From Squalus acanthias (lineage: Eukaryota), in contig CM059432.1 in NCBI GenBank assembly GCA_030390025.1, positions 104,842,001 to 104,906,000 on the forward strand: a DNA stretch of 64,000 nucleotides, written 5' to 3'. Below the pieces are notes generated by a model. That model was not told the DNA's origin. It ran no database searches and worked only from the letters and a program-made list of their open reading frames with translations. How positions within the stretch are numbered: the first letter of the stretch is position 1; the number at the start of each line of letters is the position of its first letter. The translations under genes and the position numbers were made by a program. Of this stretch, positions 39,846 to 50,214 are shown one piece after another.

Positions 39846-40908
39846 ACAACAGAAAACGCTGGAAAAACTCAGCAGGCCAGGCAGCATCCGTGGAGAGAGA
39901 AAGAGAGTTGACGTTTCAGGTCGATGACCTTTCATCAGAACTGGGAAGAGCTGGAAATCAAATAGATTTAAGGCCAGGGTAAAGCTGGGAAAAGGGGGAG
40001 GGGATAAAGGAACAAAGGAGGAGATGAAGAGACATTAAGAGACATTAAGAGATATGCAAGGCTAGAGGTGGTGTTAATGTGACAGATTAAGGCTGAATGA
40101 AGTGTGAAATCTACTGGCAGAATGAAGGACAGCTGCCAGCTTATAGGAGGAAAAAAAAGGTGGGGGGGACAAATAAAAGGGTGGATAAAATAAAATATAA
40201 ATGTGATTGGAGCTGAGGTTATGATCTAAAATTGTTGAACTCGATATTGAGTCCAGAGGGCTGTAGCGTGCCTAAACGAAAGATGAGGTGCTGTTCCTCG
40301 AGCTTACGCTGAGCTTCCGTGGAACAGTGTATTAGGCCGAGGACGGTGAGGTCAGAGTGGGAGTGAAGCGGTGAATTAAAGTGACAGGCCACCGGGAGCT
40401 CGGGGTCCCCCTTACGGACTGAACGGAGGTGTTCCGCAAAGCGGTCACCCAATCTGCGTTTGGTCTCCCCAATGTAGAGGAGTCCACATCGTGAGCAGCG
40501 AATACAGTATACTAAATTGCAGGAAGTACAAGTAAATCGCTGTTTCACCTGGAAGGGGTGTTTGGGGCCCTGGACAGTGGGAAGAGGGGAGGTATAAGGG
40601 CATGTGTTGCATCTCCTGCGCGTGCACGGGAAGGTGCCGGGCGAAGGGGAAGGGGTGCTGGGGGTGGTAGAGGAGTGGACTAGGGTGTCGCGGAGGGAGC
40701 GGTCCCTGCGGAATGCTGAAAGGGGAGGTGAGGGGAAGATGTGTTTGGTGGTGGGATCACGCTGGAGGTGGCGGAAATGGCGGAGGATGATCCGTTGAAT
40801 GTGGAGGCTGGTGGGGTGAAAGGTGAGGACAAGGGGAACCCTATCGTGGTTCCGGGAGGGAGGGGCAGGGGTGAGGGCAGATGTGCGGGAGATAGAACGG
40901 ACACGGTC
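39846..40908 (-). mobile_element. Penelope-like retroelement, 5'-truncated: GIY-YIG endonuclease C-terminus plus 3' pLTR
   Basis: ORF 40219..40548: NLVYCIRCSRCGLLYIGETKRRLGDRFAEH...RKLEEQHLIFRLGTLQPSGLN. Hammerhead motif in the 3' region. Confidence 0.92.
39906..39942 (-). ncRNA. Minimal type I hammerhead ribozyme motif
   Basis: Minus strand: AGTT CTGATGA A AGGTC ATC GACCT GAAA C GTC AACT. Core boxes, stem I (AGTT/AACT), stem II (AGGTC/GACCT) and a GUC cleavage triplet. Confidence 0.8.
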
Positions 40909-41039
40909 TATTAGTTGTCTTTCTGTGAAAGCATTTTTGAACTCTTGACCTCAGCCTGCTGTTTACACCTCTCCTCCATTTTCTTGGGCACGTCCAGACT
41001 TGCCCTGGCCAGTCCTACAAGTGGGGCTTTCCCAGCTTG

Positions 41040-41170
41040 AGTGTGCCTGTTCTGAAGAAGTGTTACACATGAAACATTAACCTGTCTTTCACTTTTACAT
41101 GTTGACTGACCTGCCATCCATTTCCAGCATTTTAATTTTAATTACATCAGGTTTCCAGCATTCAAGAGTT
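41040..41170 (+). mobile_element. Penelope pLTR remnant, inverted relative to 39846-40908
   Basis: GTTCTGAAGAAGTGTTACACATGAAACATTAAC..GACTGACCTGC..TTTCCAGCATTTT. Confidence 0.65.
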
Positions 41171-43189
41171 TACTTTACAACCTATACACCGCTGGCATAA
41201 AGCAGTAAGTAGTCAGTGGGGCGAAGGAAAACTGCAAGATCAGGTGTAGCAATGAAGCAGAATTAGAAACCACAAAGGTTTGGAGACAAATCTAAACTGG
41301 CAAATCACTTCACTTATCAAAGCTGGAAAGCAATTCTTCACTAAAATTTTACAGCTCTGGTCTCGGCCCTTTTTGATGGGCTTATAAACAACAACAGCAA
41401 CTACTAGTTGCAACCTTTACTCACGGCATCTCTTTGATGAAACTTCTGGTCTCATCATTACACATCCTGCTAGAAATAGAGTCAGTCAGTCTGTGGCAAT
41501 AAGACAAATAAAAACAAGACACTGTTGGATCACGATCAGTGATTTCAAACTTCACCCTGTGACTGGCAGCACAGCAAGATGCTAAAGGGAACTTACATTA
41601 ATCTCATTTCGATTACTAATACATAGTTATGAAATTCAGGCCCTGCAGAGGGCAGCTCACAAGAAAGATACTTGTGTGGCGGATCGCCACCTAAACGGGC
41701 GCAATCCACTTTTCCGTCCGTGGACAATAAATCGGGCACCTTGCCTTTAAGGCGCATGCTGCCTTTAAGGCAAGAAAAAAGGAGTGGGCGTGGGCGTGGC
41801 CTCAGGGTTTTGCAGAGAAATGTTGTAGCAGCCATTTTTGACCAGAAGAGTTGTAATAAAAAGCCATGTGTTCCACATATTGACTCGGCCTCAATTCGTG
41901 CTTCGCGGCAGCCACAACACTATCCTTTTATTTCAGCAGCAAGAGGAACCGACAATTGATGTCAAATTACAGGAAATCTAGGCCTTCGTTCTTTTTTGAA
42001 TTCCTTGTATGAAAGCATAATCTAGATATAACTACAGTATTGGATCACAGAAGAAAGAGTTTCATTCAAAAGACAGCCTTGCATTTTATATAATGCCTTG
42101 CCATAATTCTGAGGAACATCTCAAATACCGATCCACAGACACAAGGCAAACAATTTATAGCAGCTTTAGTGTTACTTTCATAAAGTTGGAAGCGTAAATG
42201 AAATCTTAGCTTTTGAATCCTATCTCGAACAATGTTTTAGAATTTGCTACTGAAGTGAAAGATTGCTGTACAAAAAGAATCACAGTATTTCATGTTGCAG
42301 CTTCTTCGGACATAGTCTCCTTAAAAACCAGTTTCAACGAATAAAAACTGATATTTATTACCACTGAAATACATACAAGAGTATTTACATTTTATACAAC
42401 AGTTTGCCATATGTGTTACAAATTCTTTCCACTTTGGTTTCTGCATTACTACACAACTTGATATGGCTGCCAAGGTCTGCACATAATTTCAGGAGAGAGA
42501 TTTAGGTTGGCGTTGTACAATACATGGTTGAATCCTCCCACGTTGGTGAATCATGTCACCACTTCCTCAATAAACTATTCATCGCAGCCAGCCCAGCAAT
42601 GTTCCCAGCCAACAGACAAGCTTGGAGATAAAAGCCTAACTTGCTGGGCGAAGGTTAGGCTTCACCTGTGTAAATAAATGGGGAGCGGTAATTTCAGAAC
42701 ATTGTTTTGGGCGTGGTAGCTGGTAAAGTTCAGGTTTCCCCCAACACTTTTCTTGCATACTGGACTACTGTTTTCATAAATAGTCTAAGCTTCTTAAAAA
42801 CAAATCTGAAGTGTTTATTCTCTGCTGATACAAGTTAGCGTAACCCAGTTGTAACAATTAAACAAATAACCACAAATCACAGTAAATTGCTTACTAGAGA
42901 ATACGTAAGACGCTCACTATGCTCTTCCATCATTACAGAGGGCAAAAAAAATTAATACACTGAGCACAGGCTAAACTAGATATACAGTATAACTTCAATG
43001 GGGCAGTGATATAAAAGGCAAGTGGTTTAACAGTTAACACATGCATAGTCAATGTGATCTCCTGGACTGGTTTCAATTTCCTGAGGGGGTTGGAGATGAA
43101 CTTTCAAGATTTTATTTCCCTTTTTGGCCCGGGTTTTTTTGTCTCTCCCAAGAGATTACATGACTGCTGGGGGGTAGAAAGTGTCTTGT

Positions 43190-44535
43190 CACGATGTTCC
43201 AGGCTATGCTGAAGACTTGTGCACCAGAACTAGCCGCGCCTCTAGTCAAACTGTTCCAGTACAGCTACAACACTGCCAGCTATCCGACAATGTGGAAAAC
43301 TGCCCATTTATGTCCTGCCCACAAAAAGCAGGACAATCCAATCCAGTCAATTACCGCCCCATCAGTCTACTCTCAATCATCAGCAAAGTGATGGAAGGTG
43401 TCATCGACCGTGCTATCAAGCGGCACTTACTCACCAATAACCTGCTCACTGATGCTCAGTTTGGGTTCCGCCAAGACCACTCGGATCCCGACCTCATTAC
43501 AGCCTTGGTCCAAACATGGACAAAAGAGCTGAATTCCAGAGGGGAGATGCGAGTGACTGCCCTTGACATCAAGGCAGCATTTGACTGAATGTGGCATCAA
43601 GGAGCCCTAGTAAAACTGAAATCAATGGGAATCGGGGGGTAAACTCTCCACTGGCTGGAGTCATACCTAGCACAAAGGAAGATGGTTGTGGTGGTTGAAG
43701 GTCAATCATCACAGCCCCAGGACATCGCTGCAGGAGTTCCTCAGGTAACATTCGCGCCACAGAAGTGCCAAGCAATGAGTATCTCCAACAAGTGAGAGTC
43801 TAAGCTCCTCCCCTTGACATTCAACGGCATTACCATCGCCGAATCCCCCACCATCAACATCCTGGGGATCACCATTGACCAGAAACTTAACTGGACCAGC
43901 CACATAAATACTGTGGCAACAAGAGCAAGTCAGAGGCTAGTTATTCTGCGGCAAGTGTCTCACCTCCTGACTCCCCAAAGCCTTTCCACCATCTACAAGG
44001 CACAAGTAAGGAGTGTGATGGAATATTCTCCACTTGCCTGGATGAGTGCAGCTCCAACAACACTCAAGAAGCTCGACACCATCCAGGACAAAGCAGCCCG
44101 CTTGATTGGTACCCCATCCACCACCTTAAACATTCACTCCCTCCACCACCGGCGTACCGTGGCTGCAGTGCGTACCATCTACAAGATGCACTGCAGCATC
44201 TCGCCAAGGCTTCTTCGGCAGCACCTCCCAAACCCGCGACCTCTACCACCGAGAAGGACAAGGGCAGCAGGCGCATGGGAACACCACCACCTCCAATTTC
44301 CCCTCCAAGTCTCACACCATCCTGACTTGGAAGTATATCGCCGATCCTTCATCGTCGCTGGGTCAAAATCCTGGAACTCCCTACCTAGCAGCACTGTGAG
44401 ATTACCTTCACCACAAGGACTGCAGCGGTTCAAGGCGGCGGCTCACCACCACCTTCTCAAGGGCAATTAGGGATGGGCAATAAATGCTTTTACCAGGCGT
44501 AAGATTTTTAAGGGTTTACATCCCATAAAAACGAA
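43190..44535 (+). mobile_element. CR1/Jockey-group LINE distinct from HER1-type CR1, 5'-truncated, with an internal deletion of the RT core
   Basis: ORFs 43181..43588 (NYRPISLLSIISKVME, QFGFR, ALDIKAAFD) and 43814..44470 (IYKAQVRSVMEYSP, SWNSLP). GVPQ joins directly to VTFAPQKC at ~43745. Confidence 0.9.
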
Positions 44536-44599
44536 GAAAAAAAAAATGCAGGACAAACTTGATGGACCAGCTGATCTTTCCCTGCCTGTCCTTTTCCTA

Positions 44600-46114
44600 T
44601 GTTTGTTTAACAAACCATGCTCATAACGAACACCTGGTTTTAGGGATCCCAAAGGCAAGATCCAATTTTTCCATGAAATCAGCCCTTATACAACAAACAC
44701 TGATTGACCCGGATACAATGATGGAATTCAAGCTGAGGCTAATTGAAAGATAACCTATTGTAGTGCGAATCCTGCCTGATGTACGCATTAGTTTCCTGAT
44801 AAGACCATCTGCACACAAACTGCAACAAGGAAACTACAGCCAGGCAACCTGCGTGAAGGCAGAGAGTCAGATCTTCTTTGTCTCTGAAAACAAAACTTCA
44901 AACCATCGATGATCTGGACCATAAAGGAAAATCGTAAGCCTCAATCTAAAGAACTCGGTTTAACAAAGGGAATTGTTGCAACCATATGGGCCAACAGAGG
45001 AAAATCAACTCCGCTACCGTCTATGATGATCCAGAGAAAACAAATCCGTACTGCGACGCATGCAGATCTTGATGAAGAAGTCTATCACTGGTTTTAAACA
45101 GCAAGAGACAGTAACATTCCACTGTCGGGTGATGTGTTCTGCGCAATGGCTGAAAAATTTACCTATTCTTTAGGCACTGAAAACTTCAAATCTTCAAATG
45201 ACTGGCTGGATTGCTTTAAGCAGCAGCATGATTTAAAATTTAAGACAGTTGCCCGCATAAAGGGAGAGGTTAAAATGGAGGTAACTAGCACATGACATAA
45301 TGGGATGTTTTTCCATCTCTTATACAGAACATCAGTCCAAGGGACATTTATAACGTCGACAAAACTGGACTTTAAAAAAAAATCAGCTCTTTTGCAATAA
45401 AATTCTGGGCGATACTGGTGATGCCTGCGCTGGCACTAAACAAAGCAAGCAGCAAGTTACGCTTCTACTAGGAGGAAACATAATTGGAACCGGTCGTTTA
45501 CTCACTATTTTCATTGGTAAAGCAGCAAATTCCAGGTGTTTTAAAAATGTAAGGATGGAGAGCAGGTGTGAGAAAATTGTTTTGTGAACAGCTTTAAGCA
45601 TGCTGGATGGTCTGCAGAAAATGGTGATCAAAAGAAGGATCTGTTAGAGAGGAATGCGATATGCTGGGAATTTCAGAAACATAATTACAGGAAATTGAAT
45701 TTGAAGTAAACCAAGCCCCTACACGAGGAACTATGAGAGATGAGGACATTATTAAATCAGTGACATTGAGTCGGGGAGAGGAGGACATGGAAGCCACACA
45801 ACCACTTATCCCTTCACTGGATGAAAGGCAATCGCAACTGTACAAAACTTCGCACAGTTATTACCTGGAAATGAGGATCTTTTTGGATTGGCTAACGAGT
45901 TAGAAACAGCGTGCATTGAGAAAAGCACGAATAAGATGAAACAGTGTACACTCTATAGTACTTTTAACAGAATAAAATGATGTTCAATTCAAATTGGTCA
46001 TTTCTTCAATTTTCTGATGCAGCAAATCGCCAAACCCCACTATAGTGAACACCTCGATATAATAATCTTTTTTGTCAGTCCCTAGGGAGATTGTTATAGT
46101 GAAGTTCAACTGTA
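44600..46114 (+). mobile_element. Decayed Tigger/pogo DNA transposon
   Basis: Disrupted CENP-B-like HTH (ADLDEEVYHWF*..NIPLSG..FKSSNDWLDCFKQQH) and DDE start (DIYNVDKTGL). 3' end GTTATAGTGAAGTTCAACTG followed by TA. Confidence 0.85.
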
Positions 46115-47566
46115 TTTCCATTAAAGCAAAACTCCATCAGACAACACAGCACACAACTTACACAACAGAACTGGGATCAGTCCGTAAGGCACCAATAGAT
46201 CCCTTTTCACATGGCTGTGTCGTATACACAGAATTTGATGGTGAATTACATAATTCCTCAGAGCCCTTGTTCACCTCTAGCAAATATTAGCGGCAATGTT
46301 CCCTCTAATTTTTTTGAGTGCCCCGTCCCTTTAACGGGCTGTGCGGCCCATTCAAATTTCACATTTGAAAAGCTGGTCCCGGATTGCGTGGGACCGGCAG
46401 ACAGCTGTGCAGCCTGCCTGGAACGCTGATTACTGGCTAGACAAAATAGATAACTAAAGACCATGGGAAAGTACCTGGGTTATAAGGCAGTCTTTTCCTT
46501 GGTGCAGTAGCATGACTGCTGATAATGAAAAAGACACTTTAAGATGGGTTTTCTAATACTTTTGCAATCATAGAACATTTGCTTCAAGCAGATGCTTCCC
46601 AATTATCCTTGTCTGCTGAATTCAATTGTTAAAAACTAGTTCTCTGGCCTTCAAAAAGAATTCTATATCAGCAAGCTATTTATTCAAAGACGGTGCATCT
46701 GTGTTCCATTTTGTAATTCAGTGAAGAGTATCATCTCTATTTTGAACCCAGCTTTTCTCTTTAAAAAAGAGACACGAAAGGAAGGCAAATTTTTGGGTTC
46801 TGATGAAGGGTCGCAAGAATTGAAACTTTTTTTTTTACAGATGTTTGTTTACTTCAGCGTAATGTATAGGCTATAGATAAACCCCATGGCATTTCTATAT
46901 TGTGGCATGAACCCACAAACTTTCTTTTTTGAGGCTGGGTGACCAAAACTGTACAACATACTGTACTACAAAATTGGCACCAAATTGTTCTGACTTGTAG
47001 TCCAATGCCCTCTGATGCATCCAATACCCAATTTAACACGATAATAACTGCATCACACTGACTATAAAGCCTGATACATGTACAGTACCTAAATATTTTA
47101 TATAATTTCTAAATGTTTTTTAAATCTCCCCTTGATTTGCCCTGGAGTCTCCTGTGCCATGAACCTACACTGATTGAGATTAAAGAGTGGAGACTCTGGT
47201 CTACTTCAATACTATTCTGTCGCTGGCTGCTTGGAATTGGGTGAAGACAGCTGCGCTGACTCTACTGTTGTGTTTCTTTAAAATTTCCTCCCTACTGATC
47301 ATGTCTCCACCCTGAGATCAGAAATGCCTGGGATCCATTTTGCCTTTCCTTGCGAGAACATAGTTCTTGAAGATCAAGAACTCACCTTATTGTTGTATAG
47401 CATTCAATATTTTACTGTGCCGTGACTCCCTTTCTGATAGTGATACATACACAGTTCAGTTCAAATATTTTATTTGGATGTTAATTCCAACAATTATAAC
47501 TAAAAGGCTGAGAATTAATATGTTAACCTGGGGAGGGGATGTTAAGGGCAGTTTCTGGGTACTATA

Positions 47567-47970
47567 AGTTCAAGTCCCACTCCAGAGGCTTGAGCACAAA
47601 AATTCTAGGCTGACACACCAGTGCAGTACTGAGGGAGTGCTGCACTGCTGGAGTTGCCGTCTTTCAGATAATACGTTAAACCGAGGCCCCATCTGTGCTC
47701 TCAGGTGGACGTAAAAGATCCCATGGTACTATTTCAAAGAAGAGCAGGAGAGTTATCCCCGGTGTCCTGGCCAATATTTATCCCTCAATCAACACCTAAA
47801 ACATATTATCTGACCATTATCACATTGCTGTTTGTGAGAGCTTGCTGTGCGCAAATTGGCTGCCGCGTTTCCTACATTACAACAGTGACTACACTTCAAA
47901 ATGTACTTCATTGGCTGTAAAGTCCTGAGGTCGTGAAAGGCACTATATAAATGCAAGTATTTTTCTTTCA
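47567..47970 (+). mobile_element. Deu-domain SINE (SacSINE1-like), 5'-truncated
   Basis: GTAAAAGATCCCATGG..GGTGTCCTGGCCAATATTTATCCCTCAA..TTGCTGTGCGCAAATTGGCTGCCGCGTTTCCTACATTACAACAGTGACTACACTTCAAAA, with an L2-like tail. Confidence 0.9.
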
Positions 47971-50214
47971 AGTAGATTATGATTGAATATTTTGTGTGTT
48001 GAGCTCCCAATTACTCATGTTAACATAACAGCATTCACTGGCACACAATCCGTATCCAATTAGCCTGGAGGCATGGTATTTTAAGGTAAGATTTTGATAT
48101 TTGACCTTCAGGTGCCTCCAAATTTTAATTTTCTCTCTCTTACTCTTGTCACCAGTGAAGAAGCAATTTTCCAAAGAACAAGGAGCTTCCAGCTGTGGTT
48201 TAAAAGCCAATTGATAATTGTAGGGCTTTAAAAACAAAAGTCAGATCATCTCACTAATCTAGTAAAAAGCGATAAATTGATAACCACTTCCATCAATATG
48301 AATTCCCTAAGCAAGGGTTGGGGCAGTTGACTAGCTACTGCTGTTGTGCTCCCTTGATGTTGCTCTGGAATTAATTGTTGAGTGTGCTAGGTTAACTTTG
48401 TTCCTTGAATTATTCTCTCAGTGGGGATGTGCCTCACCTCCACAAGACACCTTCCCCCAGACAGTCCAACTGAGATCGCTAACTCACGGTGTGGGAAATT
48501 GTAGGTGTAAACCTGTGTTCCAACACTCTAGTTCAGCGTGTTGATATGCCAGCAGATGGTGTCACTGGCCAGCTGTCACTAGTTTATTTTGGGGATAGGT
48601 TCTTCATTGCATGATCAGCAACTCTACTTTTCCCAAGAAGACATGTTATTTATTTTTTTTAATTAGTTCAAAGATATTCTTACCAATGCACACAAAGTAT
48701 TGGCACTTATCAAGTAAATTTTAATGAATCTGATTATCCTCTTATTTGATGCTGGGAACTTAACAAAATCATCATCTAGCTTCAGGTAATTGGGGTTCTA
48801 ACTAGTCAAGGGGTCTGTTCTCCCTACTGAAAGCTTCATTTGCAAAACATTTTTGCCTTCCCCTTTTTTCTTTTCCCCTTTCCCTCAGGGGAAAAATTGG
48901 GCAGTCCACACTCTTGCAGGAACCCTTTCTGGGAGAAGGAAGGGAAATGCACTGTGAAACTAATGCTGTAGCTATTTCCAACCATTGCATAATGCTGTCT
49001 TTGGTATAAATGAAGAACATCCATTCTCTGACCAGAGAATTATGTCTATAGGCTTTTTGTGGTTTTTGTGGTAAGTGTTTTTCCAGCTCCCATCTTCTTG
49101 CATTGCAATACTTCTTGTACCTTAATAGTTTTTATTACTGACTTGCAAACTGGGAACTAGATAACTCACGCAGTGGTGCAGTCTCTCTTTGTGCAATACT
49201 TTCTACTTCACTAACCCATAAAGCAATATGTTTAGCTGAGCACCTTTTGATTGTCTTCAGATTCCTTTGGTTAAACAGTCCCTTTCCATAGGACTAGAAA
49301 ATGAACCAATTGAGACTGTTGCAGGACAAGGCTCAATCGTTTTGAAATCAGCTTGCCCTTTGCTTAAACATACCTTTTCTTTCTTATGCCTGCAAGGAAG
49401 AGAGCTTCGTGGAATTATCACAATAGCTTCATTGGTTTAAAGAAAACCTATCCGTCTTTCTAGAATTTGACCTGCACACAATGTTCTGGCAGTTAATATA
49501 CAAACTTCAGCACTGACGTTTACGTTGAAAATTGAAGTAATGTATTTGAAGGCTAACTGTTGGTGGTAAACAGCAAGTCTCATTAGTGTGGTGAAGTGAC
49601 CAAAGTAACCTAGCCAAGATAGTACAGCCCCCTTCTCTATCCACCCAGTGGTGCGTAATACTGGACGTTGCCCCAGAAATCTGTGGTTTTCAACAGCACT
49701 GAAAAAAGGTCACAGTGATTGTTTTCTCAACCAGTTAGTTTTTAAAAAGCAAAGGGAAACTCTCAACTGTGTTACTTCAAAGTAATTGGGATGACAAAAT
49801 TTAGTTTTACATTTTTTTAAATCACCTGATTGACTTATGAAAAGTCCCTGAGGTCCCTCAATTTTTGCCATGAACCAATAGAACCTCAGCAAATGCCAAG
49901 TGTTGACATTGGTGTCAGTAAAACATCAATAATTACTGAAAAAATAATGAAATGCTCACGGTCCATAAGGAAGATTTTTTTTTAATCTCATGGTCGTTTT
50001 CTGGATGAATTGCATGACAGCTGCTTCCAGTCACTAAATCGCTACAAAATAATTGTACCAATCCTGTGAGTGAAGCCTTTCTTAATCCAGCCATGTGCCC
50101 ATTCTGACTTTTTAAACAAAGAAAAGACCAAAGAAATCCTGAATTTGGGGAATTACTAAAAATATTAAAACTTGGGTGGTGGTGGGGGTTTGCAAAAGCT
50201 AGAAAGCCCAAATA

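Noticed and set aside
41636-41985. Fifth Harbinger-like MITE
   Set aside because: The right end (GGAAATCTAGGCC) fits, but the left end does not form a convincing TIR.
44909-45560. Domesticated TIGD/CENP-B-like gene
   Set aside because: Multiple stops and frameshifts, with a transposon end retained.
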